Positions 12,601 to 23,670 of a stretch of 64,000 nucleotides of DNA are shown here, in pieces. The stretch comes from Lama guanicoe (lineage: Eukaryota), in NCBI GenBank assembly GCA_013239625.1, contig MU053881.1, positions 7,029,957-7,093,956 of the forward strand. The letters are read 5' to 3'. The stretch's first letter is position 1; the number at the start of each line of letters is the position of its first letter. The notes beneath the pieces are model-generated. The model searched no databases and was not told where the DNA came from. It was given only the letters and a program-made list of their open reading frames with translations. The position numbers and the translations under genes were made by a program.

Positions 12601-13564
12601 CGCCCCCGCTCAGATTCCCCGACAGCCATCTGATAAGATGCATTTAGCTGTCTCGTTTGCATGGTCCTGACAATTTTCATTCAAAACATATGCAAATACT
12701 GAGGGCCGGTTGCTGGTGACGGAGGTTGCGGTGAAATGCATCTTAACCTTTAACCAAATGAACCTATTAACCTCAAGAAGAGGAGCTTTTGATTTCGGTA
12801 TCTATTTGCATCAGAAATGCAGTTAGACCCCTGTTCATTCCTTCTCCCATCTGGTGGCTTATCTCATCTCTGGGAAGGTGAAGTTAGCATTGTGACCTGG
12901 TGACTTTCCCCAGGTCCCCGGGGCTCCTTGGTTCCTAGTGAGGTGGCCATTGTGAGCTGGAGCCTCGGTGGGCTCTGGGCACATTCTCAGGCTGCTGGCC
13001 AGGGGTCAGAGCCAGTGCTTAGCAGAAGCAGGCTTTCGGGTCCTCCAGGGCACCTGCCTCGTGTGTTTATACAGTGGCAGGGTCAGCCGGCTGAGGAATT
13101 AGTGCACAAAGAGAAAAGTGCCACCCAAACCTGGCTGATGAATTAATGCTCTGAACGCAGTGCATCTGGAGTGGGAACCTGATCTCTGCTGTGGGAAGGG
13201 GCTAATCTCCTGGGAGGCCAGGGGAATTTTGCAGAGGTGTTTCCTGCTTCCTCACTCAGGCCTGGTGGGCTCAGGCTGTCATCTCCTAAACCCCAGGCAG
13301 GACATCAGCTCAGACCAGTGGCCCTGGGCAGCGCCACCCCCGTGCGCATGCTACCTCTGCAGTCATGGTCTGCTGGGTTCCGAATCCTCTTTTGTGTAGT
13401 CCCACCTTGCCCTCATCCGGTGAGGAGGACCTTTATTGTATATGGACCTTTATTCCCCACCCTACACGTCTCCTCTTCCTAAAGGACGTGCTTGGGCTGA
13501 CGGCCCCTCCTTCCCCTGTTTCATCTCCATTCTCTAATTGGGAAAAAGTGGGCAAGAGCTGCCG

Positions 13565-13765
13565 TGCAGTGACTGACATTTGTCATCTGGGGCTGGGTCA
13601 TCCTTCATGGTGGGGGGCTGTCCCGTGCCTTGTGGGATGTTCAGCAGCATCTTTGATGGGTAGCATTCATTCCTCCTCCTCCTCCAGGTGTGACAACCAA
13701 AAGTGTCTCCAGACATTTGCAGCTGTCCCCTGGGGCCCAGATCAGCCCCTAGTTGAGACCCTGGG
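13565..13765 (-). mobile_element. MER20 (reverse orientation)
   Basis: ggggctgtcccgtgcc..gtgacaaccaaaagtgtctccagacatt..gtcccctgggg..gttgagaccctg is the reverse complement of the copy at 596-806. Confidence 0.75.
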
Positions 13766-16700
13766 TTAGGCAGGGAGCTGGCTTGGGAGGACCTGGAGGG
13801 GACTTCGCAAGCCTCCTAGCCTCTTCTTCACAGCACTCGAGCAGACGCCTGTCCCTCTGGCCCTGGTGCGGATGAGTCAGGCCGCGTGGCAGAGGGATGG
13901 ACACCATGACCTCCGGGGGGCCTCCTGGGCGGTGCCAGCCCCGCCCTCCCCCATGGGCGGCTGGGCTCCCATAGAGACGCTTTGTCCAGCTGCTCCCTTC
14001 TGCCCGCACCCCCAGGACGTGCAGGTCCAGCAGCCAATTATGAAAATGAAAAATCCATGTCTGGGCCTCAAATGAGTGTTTTCCTTCGGTGCTTTGATTC
14101 TCTTGTAATGAGTGCCTGGTCACCGAGGTATCCCAGGAATGTGGGCCTGATAATGAGAGTAGGTGCTGGGCCCATAGGGGCCCACTCCCTGGCCTGGCAC
14201 GGAGGCCTGCGCGGGCGGGCAGCGGCCCCGTCTCGAGCTGGCTCTCCCCTGCGGGGCCAGGGCACTTGGATGGAGTCGGCCGCCCCCACTCAGCCCTGGG
14301 CCTGCTTCCACATCCCTGCTTCCAGCCACCGGCCTGCAGCGCCCGCCTCCCGAGGAAAGCAGGAATCCTTATGAACGTTTGGCTTCATTTCAGGAGCAGC
14401 AAAACAAAGCACACATCCACCTCCCACCTGGCATTTTTTGATGGTTTACTTTCTCGTTTATCATCACAATCATGATACTACTATTATTTCCATTTTGTAG
14501 GGGAAGACACAGAGGCAGAGAGCTTATGTCCCTCATCCAAAGGCTCATAGCTGGCAAGTGGCATTGCTGGGATTTGAATTCAGGCAGCTGTTTCCAGAGC
14601 TGATGCTCCAAGGACTGAGCCTGGACAGCAAAGGGACCACGTTGTCTGGGGTCTCCAGGGCTGAAAACTGGGGACAGGAGGCTTTGGCCTTGAATGTCCA
14701 CTGGGAGGCGGGATGAGAGGAGTTCTGCAGGAGACTGTGGGATCTGCCGGTCCTTCCACGGCACTCTGGCTTGGGGGAATCTTACTACGTCCCCTAAATG
14801 ACAGTGGGAGGGTTGAAGGGAGGAAAGTCTGCTTGGCCAGGCTGGCCAGGAAGTCCACCTTCCTCAGGGCTCCCGCTGAGCTCCTAATTCTTTGATGTTT
14901 TAGCCCAAAAGATCATGTCCCCGACTTGGGATGACAGTCCACAGGACTTACCCAGGAATCAGTACAGCATGGCAGTGGGACCCCAAGGGGCTAGGGTTGC
15001 AGGGACAGCTCTGCCGCCTGACGCCACGTGCTCTCGGGTAAGTTACTGAACTTGGGCTTCCTCATTTGTAAGTTAGAATAAAATCGACCTCAGAGTGAGA
15101 CTATGAATGTGAAGCCACAGGGCTCTCCAGAGGGACTTGATTACTATTTTGGTAGAAGATATGGGACGAGGGGTGGTCTCCTAAGGCCCTTGGGAGTTGG
15201 GAGCCCCTGTGTCACCTGGGGCAGGTGGCCAAACCTCTCTGAGACTCAGTTGGCTCACTTACAAAAATAAGGGAAATGATAAAATCCCATTTCAGAGCCA
15301 AGGGCTGTAGGTGGAACGCACCGGGAGTGTCAGGTGGTGGGGATGGCATGCTCGAAGCCTCATTGGTGGGAATGGCATTGGCTGGTCTGGGAGTCCCAGG
15401 GAGCTGGTGATGCTCCAGCCGGGACACACGGAGGGTGTTCACAAGTGTTGAGGCTTCCAGGTGGGCTGGCTCCAGCTTGAGGCTGATATCCCCTCCTGGC
15501 TTCTGAAATCCAAGGACTTGGAGGCACAAGAGATGGTGACACAATTGAAATGGTTGTGGACTGTGCCTTTTGTTCCCAGCACCCCTGGGGCCCAGAGCTG
15601 GGTTCCCAGAGGAGTGAAGTTCGGCAGAGTGAAGGAGACAGCGTGGCTAGGCAGGGAAGGAAGAGAATTCCAGTGTGAGAGGCTCTCGGGGACAGGTACC
15701 TCCTCCTCCCCTGTGCCCTGCTCCCTCCCAGCAAGTACACACCATTACGTGGTGTTCACAGTGGGCTGAATGTGGGCGCAGAAGACGCAAGGCCTGAGCT
15801 GGAGCATAGCGTGGCTAACTATAGCCACCATGCCAGCCGCGGAGCCGAAAGCTTCCCTGTCACGATCTCATTGATTCTTACCACGGCTCTATGGCGTACG
15901 GATTATGCTTTCTGTTTCATGAGGAAACCAAGTTTCAGAGTGGTTAAGTGCTCTGCTCAAGGTCACACAGCTCGCAAGTGGTAGAGCCCAGTCATGGGGT
16001 TTAGACGGACTAGAGGTCAAATCCTGGTTCTGCTGCCCACTTGTTATGTGACCTTGAACAAGACAGTTAACGCCAGAACCAGAGAGTCTAGACGTGAGGA
16101 AATGGGGAATACAATGTATTGAGAGGCAATTAGCAGCCTCTAATGGGATTCAGAGAAGGAAAAGTCACTTCATCTCTCTGATCCCCAGTTTCTTTATCTG
16201 TAAAGCAGGACTAATAGTAGTGTTCATAAAGTCATTGGGGGAATTAGCTGAGATTCTGTAAAGTACCAAGCACGTTGCCTAGGATTTGTCAAACCTTAAG
16301 AAATGTTAATTTCTTGCGACCTGTGACTCACCTTTGAATATCTGTAATAAGAAGCAGAGGAACTACTCTGTTGAAACTCAACTCAGGCCGTATTCAATTC
16401 ACTCAACCCACTCTAGAGTGATTTAATGTCGTGTCCCCTCAGTGGCAACACCTGGTTTGGAAGGGGAGCAGAGAGGAAACTCACAGGGGAATCAACCCCA
16501 GGGATCGTCACTGACCTATTTTACAGATCAGCACACTGAGGCTCACGGAGGTGAAAGGGCATATAAGGATCACCTAGTTAAGTTAAGAGAAAGGGTGAGA
16601 ATGTGCATCTGGTCTTCTTCCTGAGCCTGGGGCCCCAAGCCCTACCTTGCACTGCCACTCTTTCTATAAACACCCCTGGGCAGTGTCCGCATGACCAGGG

Positions 16701-17599
16701 GATTCCAAAGGGGAAGGCTTTCCTCGGGAGGTGTGCCTCAATGTTGCAGGGACTTCTGTAGCCAACCCTGGGTGCTACCCAAACACCCCTGCGTGAGGAT
16801 GAGATCTGGGGCTCCAGCCACATGCCCTGGGGAAGCCAGCAACCCCTCTGCCATGGTGGGAGGCTGGGCTTCAGTGAGACAGGGCTTTCCTTCTGGCAGT
16901 CACTGGTGGTCACACTCCCGGGCCCACAGTGCGTGGCTTACACAGGTCCCAGCTTGAACCCTGTACGAAACCACTGTTTTGCTTTTTTATAGTCGGCACC
17001 AGGGGGTGCCCATCCGGTGCTGGAGCCATGGCTGGGGTTCCGGGTTGGCACCCAGACACCCAGAAAGAGCCACAATTGCTCGGGGGCCTCCCACCCACAG
17101 GAGCCAAGGAAGCCAAGCCAAAGAGTTCTGCCAAACCTGGCTCCAGTTCTGCCCATGGGGCGGGACTGGCCAAAACAGGGCTCCCTCTGCTTTCTCCCGA
17201 GCTCTGGACACTCGGGCCCCCAGACTGAACCCAGAGGTCCAGGCACAGACTTTCATTGCAGCTGTGTCCTGGAAAGTTCTAGAAGATCTGCTTGGTGGTG
17301 GGTAGAGGAATGGGAGGGAGGCTTCTGCGAGTCCTTCCCTGGGCTCTTGTCCTCACAGTATCTCCCCACTGCTCAGCTGTCTGAAGAATGGGGAGGGGAA
17401 GAGGGGGTGGAGGAAGTTCCAGGGAACTGGGGAAACTGAGGCTGAAAGTCAACTGGGATGCCACCTTAGAAGTCACCTGGGAAGGTTTGGAATTTATCCT
17501 GGAGCATGGGGAATTAAAGGTGGTTTTAAGCAGGAGTGGGGCACCATCCCGCTTGTGTTCTGAAGACGTCTGGGGCTGTGTGGAAGTGGATACCAAATT

Positions 17600-17691
17600 C
17601 TGCATTGGTCATGGTTCTCTAGAGAAACAGAGCCAATTAGATGTAGATAGATAGATAGACAGATAGGTGATATTGTCTGTCTGTCTATCTG

Positions 17692-17742
<51 letters not shown>

Positions 17743-17880
17743 CTATAAGTTATCTGTCTCTTAAGATTTATACATATACAGAGAGAAGTAGAGAAAGATT
17801 TATTTTAAGGATTTGCCTCACGTGGCAAGTCTGAAATCCGCAGGGCAGGCTGGGAGGCTGGAAACTCAGTCAGGACATGA
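17600..17880 (+). mobile_element. MLT2-type ERVL LTR fragment with internal (TAGA)n/(TCTA)n microsatellite
   Basis: ggttctctagagaaacagagccaat..gatttattttaagga..caagtctgaaatccgcagggcaggctgggaggctggaaactcag is the MLT2 terminal signature. Confidence 0.7.
17644..17742. repeat. (TAGA)n / (TCTA)n tetranucleotide repeat
   Basis: Directly visible. Confidence 0.95.
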
Positions 17881-20001
17881 GGTGGCAGTCTTGGGGCCGG
17901 GACACATCACCTGTGTGCTGTCGTGGGCACCCGGAGGCCTCTGGGGGATCTAGAGAAGGTCACACCCCTGAGCTGTGGGACAATTTCTGCCCAAAGCTGA
18001 CCTTGGTCTGGGTTTATCTTCTCCTGCATCAAAACTCCCCCCAAACCCCGCCCCAGGTCGATCAGTGTATCCGTCCAGTCTGCCTGTGAACTCCTTGAGG
18101 GCAGATGCCATGTCATACATCGGGACCTGCTGCGTTAACACAGTGCCTGGTGCACGAGAGATGCTCAATAAACATGAAGGAACGAGTGAATTTCTACCCA
18201 GAACCCATCTCTGTGTCACATGCATCTCCCTTCACCTCCCACCCTCCTCCTGGACACTCCAGCAGCTCACACATCGCTTCAGGACAGAGGTGTGTGCAGG
18301 CTGTGGGGTTTGGTATGAAGCAGGCCTGGGACTGAACTGTGGTGTTGAAATTCACATGCAATCTGTTTACAGATAAGTTTTGATCGACCGATTGATTCAT
18401 TGATTCTTTTCCTTTTTCCTTCACATGCCTATTCATCAGACTTTTGTTGGGTACGTATGCAAGCCAGGTTCAGGTGCGGGGTTCACACAACAGAGGGCTA
18501 TAATCCCTGACATTAACAAGGTCACCGTCTGGGCAGGGGGTATTCACTAAGAAAATAACGGAACAATGCATCTTGAGGGCAGTGATAAGGGGGGTAAGCA
18601 GGGCAGGTTAAGGGAGCATGTGGAGGGACCCCTAACCCAGCAGGGCCCTGGCTTCCTGCTGGACGGAACAGCTGAGCTGAGCCGTACGATGTGTATCAGT
18701 CACCGAGGTAGGGAGCAGGGTGAGGGCTGACAGAGAGACAGTGACCCGAGGAAAGGGTCCGCCTGGTGGAGCCAGGGCAACGCTCGAGCCCAGTGTCCAG
18801 CAGGGGAGAGATTTCCCAGCAGAGTGATTCTTTGGGAATTGGGCATTTTTCTTCCAGTTTTTCAGCATCCAGTCCACCTGCTCATCTGGTTCTTGCCATA
18901 AAGAACTCACCTTGTGCCAGGTTGAAATGAGGCCTCCCTGCCCTCCTCCAGCTCTTCCCCTCACCCTGGCTTGGCACGTGTCCCCTTCAGGGAGCCTGAG
19001 CCAATGGATGGCGCCTGAGTGGGGGCAGTTACCGAAGGAGGCAGGTGGGACCTCAGGGGCCACCTCAGCAAGCCGGTTGTTGGTGAATGCCAGGCTCTCC
19101 TCATCCACAGAAACCCACACCCTCAGTGTAGGCTTAGGTGCTCTGCCTTGTTGTCCCCATCTGTAAAATGGGTTAGATAATCACCTTTCCATTAAATGTG
19201 ATTTAACACCCAATTATTGGGTTCCTGAGGGTACATTGGTGAACAGCACAGGGCAGCCTCCGCCCCACCGACTTCTCAGTCTATCTTCCCTCAGCTCATT
19301 GCTGTGGCTAAACCTTGTCATCTTTCAGCTGAAACATTTCCTCCTCAGAGATGCTCTCCTGACCTTCCATCTAAAATCGTGCCTCAACACTCCTGTGGCC
19401 CACCTCCCCCTAGTGACAGCTTCGTTTCAGCTGAGCACCTGTCCTAGCCTGTGCCCCTCAGTAGGCTTCATCCCGTGAGGGCTCATCGGTCACTTTATCC
19501 CCAAACTTGGCACAGAACTGACCCAGAGTAGCAGCTAAACACATTTGTTGAAGAAAAGCAAGTATTGGGGAAGACAGCCATTAAACACATGATTACAGGG
19601 GGTGGAAATTTCCCTCTGCAAACGAAGCTTCATGGGGGCTGCTTCCCTTTAGGATGTCTCGAATTTTAGTCCTTACCCAGGTTTTCCCCTCTGGGCAGGG
19701 GCTGCATCTTATGGGACACAGCAAGGAGCCTGGAGAAGCCAATGGCCAGTTGCTCGTTGCCCATCCTGTGGCAGCCACATGTTTTCTGATAGACGTCTCC
19801 CTTAGTTTTCACCAGCCCCTCGCACAGCTGAGAACACTGAGGCTCTTACATAAATGACACTCCACAAACATGCATAGTCAGAGCGGATCACTAGGTTTGA
19901 TTTAGACCAGAAATCACAAAAGGGTTTCATTTTGTGGGCCAACGCTACCTAGTGTGGGCCAATTCATCTGAACACCATGCTGGGAAAAATTCTGTGGCTG
20001 C

Positions 20002-20624
20002 TGTGGGCTGAATGGTGTTCCTTCCCCTGCCCACCCACCCCCCCAAAAGGTAGGTCCACATCCTAAACCTTGGAGCCCATGAAGAGGATCCTATTGGAAA
20101 ATAAGGATTGGAGAATTTGGAAAATTACACTGGCTGATGTCATTGAGTTAAGGGTCTGGAGATGAGTTTAGCCTGACTTAATTTTTTATTTTTTGTGGGG
20201 GCGGTAATTAGGTTTACTTATTTATTATTTTTTTTAGAGGAGGTACTGGGGATTGAACCCAGGACCTCGTTGATGCTAAGCATATGCTCTAACACTTGAG
20301 CTATACCCTTCCCCAAGTTTATCCTGGACTACCCAAGGGGTCCTAAACTCACTGACAAGTGTCCTTGTAGGGAGGAGAGCAGGTGCACAGACACACACAA
20401 GGGGAGAAGGCTACGTGAAGACACAGACAGAGATGGGAGTGATGCAGCCACAAGCCAAGGAAAGCCTGGATGCACTGGAAGCTGGAAGGGTCAGGGTCCA
20501 TCCTAGAGCCTTCCCAGGGAGTGTGGCCCTGCTGACATCTTAGCTTTGGACTTCCAGCCTCCAGGGCTGTTTTAAGCCACCCAGGGTGTGGCAATTTATT
20601 AAGGCAGCACTAGGAAACCAACAC
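20002..20624 (+). mobile_element. MLT1 (MLT1C-like) MaLR solo LTR interrupted by a SINE
   Basis: tgtgggctgaatggtg..ccccaaaa..gtccacatcctaa..gtgaagacacagacagagatgggagtgatgcagccacaagccaaggaa..gcagcactaggaaaccaacaca. Confidence 0.8.
20181..20314 (-). mobile_element. tRNA-Ala-derived camelid SINE (Vic-1 type)
   Basis: Minus strand reads ggggaagggtatagctcaagtgttagagcatatgcttagcatcaacgaggtcctgggttcaatccccagtacctcc, then an A-rich/aaacctaattacc tail. Degenerate target-site duplication agttta(g/t)cctg..act on both sides. Confidence 0.85.
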
Positions 20625-23019
20625 AGTGGGCTTCTCGGAGCTCAGTGGAAGGAACGCCTTGACAGATTGACGCTGTCCGCATGGGCGAGGGCGGGCAGGG
20701 TGGCTGGCACATGCTCAGCACCAGCCAACTTTGACTCAGATCAACCAGGTCTTCCGGCTGGGGGCTTCCTCTGCGCAAGCCAGATCATTTTATCATAGGG
20801 ATCCAGCCCTCTGTGGCACAGACATCCATCCGGGGTTCTCTCCTTTGGCGGAGGGGAGGAGGGTGGAGATGTGGGAAGCAGCAGCCGTAGCTTCATTGTC
20901 ACTGGCTGGACGAGGTCATCCCGAAGGTGGCAAACCGTCTGGGACCCTGGGGGATGTGAAGGCGTCCCACAGCTGCTCGTCTCATTCATTCCTCCTCCTG
21001 CATCCTCTCGGTAGGACCACAAGGAATCCTCCAGAGTAGATAGGCCTGATGCTGGTGGGGAAGTCATCCTGGATGGGGTTCTGCTTTTGCTAGAGTCTAA
21101 CAACCCTTCCTGTCAGTGCCTCCCCATCCCCTTCAAGCCTTTCATGCTACCATTTACTTGGGTTTCCTGTCCTAGCCACAGCTCAAGGACAGCCAAACTC
21201 CCTCCTCCATGTGACAAGGGGGCAGCCCAGTGTGGGTTCAAGTATTTGGGGACACAGTCTTGCTTTTGTCCTTTCTTGCTGTGTGATCTTGGAAAAGATT
21301 ATTCCTAGTTCTCAGCATCTCCATCTGAAAAATGGGAAGAAAATAAGAACATCTACTTCAAAGTGTTGATTTGAGAATTCGGTTAGGTCACAGACATACA
21401 TGTGCCCAAGACAGAAACTTAATAATTGTACAAAAATATGTACCTAAAAACAAAACATTGAAACAGATACAGTTTATCCTACTGAATTCTAGACCTTTTA
21501 ACCTGAAGTTGTGGGTTTTCTTTCCTGGAACTCTAAGTCATCACCATTTATTGCATGCTGACTGTGGGCCAGGCACTGTGTCACGCTCTTTACACATCAC
21601 CATATACAGCCCACTGAAGTAGGTACCCTTGCTATGCCCATTTAACAGATGAGGAAACTGAGGCTCAAAAAGGAGAATGGCCTGACCAAGGTGACGTAGT
21701 AAATGGAAGTTCTGTCTCTGAGCCATCACATGTCTTAGCGCAGCACTGAAGACCCCTCCATGTGAGCCCCTTCACTGGGCTCAGTGTGGACAGAGGAGCC
21801 CAGGACCCCTGTGATCCTCCTAGACCACAGACTCCTTGAGGAAAGGGAACAAACTGCTTTGTCTTTACATCCCCAGGCATTCCACGCTGAGTCCGGGCCA
21901 GGGTTACCACCACTAGGCACGTCAGACAAAGTGACCAAGTGAATGAGTAGATACATGACTAGTGAAGGGTTTTGAAAAAACTGTCTTGGGTTTTAACGAA
22001 GTGGAAACTTCATGCTCTGATGAAGAAGAGCTGAGTTATCGTCCACCTTCTGCCCTTATATCCTGGGTGATCCTCAGTGTGTCAGTTGTTTCTTTTGCAA
22101 AACGGAGACAATCACGTGATCTCTGCCTTGGCATGGAGATGGGGCCCAGGGGCCATTTAAGAGCCCTGAAGCCTGAACAGAGCTGGGTGGTGCTGGTCTT
22201 CCCGGTACAGCCCCCACTGCGCTGAACGTGCAGTAGGTGTGCAGTGGTTATCGGCTGCAGGAGCAAGTGACTCAGTGCTTTTCTGAGTCATTTCCGTTAT
22301 TAGAATCCCTAAGACCAACCTTACATTGGCAGGACCGCGGCAGGGCTGAACCGTCCTGGTTCGGAGCAGGGCTCTCCCCTCTCCTGTAGGAACCAGCTGA
22401 GGGCGTTGGTTCAACTGGGGCGATGCTCCTACACTCACCCCTGCCTCCTTGAAACGGTTAAACCTTGGGCAGCGTGGCTCCATGAGGCAGGATAAACCCT
22501 GCCGTGCCTCATTACCTTGCCTCCAGCTGAGAGTAGGCCATTAGTTTACCCATAAACAGGTGGCACACTCCCCCTTGAGACGCAGAGATAAGGGCCACTT
22601 CCAGGCAGCAGCATTAAATGCTGCTCTCGGTGCCCCGGCCCAGCCACCCAGCTAGGTCTCAGCTGTCTGGGAGTTTGTCCTGTTCAGGCAGCTCTGCTCT
22701 GCTCTGTCCTTTGGAAACCCTTGTGTTAAGTACTAAGAATGTGGGGGCCTGGAATGGCCACACAGACCAATGGGATCCATGATCAGGCTTCCAGAATCAC
22801 AGGGGACCAGGAGAACACCAGCAGGTCCAGGCCACGCCCGCTAAGTCAGGGGCAATCTGGAAAGCCTTCATTCTAGACCTAAGGCTGCTCTCTTCCCAAG
22901 GCTCCAGAACCTTCAGTAACTCCTTATTTCTAGTCTCATCTAATCCTCCCAGATACTTCTTCCTTGCCAGTCAGATGCTGGGGATGACATCTGAGATGTC
23001 CCTTGGCAAGCTTGTCGTG

Positions 23020-23670
23020 CTAGACTGTGGCCGGTGAACCCAATCTAGCCCACCACTTGTTTTGTATGACCCAGGGCTAAGAAAGGTTTTTACATTCCTA
23101 AATGGTTGGGGGAAAAAAAAATCAAAGGAAGACTATTTTGTGACATGTGAAAATTATATTAAATATCGGTATCCATAAACACAGTTTTATTGGAACAAGA
23201 CCCATGCATTCGTTGACCTGCCGTGTATGGTGACTTTTGCACCGTGCAGAGCTGAGTAGCTGCTGGTGGTTAGCGCTGCTGCTGAGTGCCTGCCAGTCAC
23301 AGGGTTGACGCAAGTGTCACCTATCTGCGTAAAAGACACTGTCAAATATGAAGCATATAAAATCCACTGCAGGTCAGTAGTAACAGATGAACATTTGCAA
23401 TCGATTTTGAGAACAGGTGACTCTCACTTTGAATTCCAATTAAATGAAATATTATCCTCCCGACAGAATCACATCTTCTCATCAGCAGAACTGTAATTCA
23501 AAACATTGGACTCAATTATCTTATTTTTATTGTATTTTTTTCATCGATAAAAAATCCAGAGAACTTTTCTGTATTGTACCTTCATCGTATCCTAGGTTTT
23601 GCTTCGTGGCTTGCAGAACTTAGAATGTTTGCCTTCTGGTCCTTAACATAAGAAATTTGCTGGCCTTCGA
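23020..23670. mobile_element. MER58/Cheshire-family hAT-Charlie element
   Basis: gctaagaaaggtttttacattcctaaatggttg..tattttgtgacatgtgaaaattata..gttttattggaaca..gaaatttgctggcc is MER58B-like, with extra internal sequence. Confidence 0.6.
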
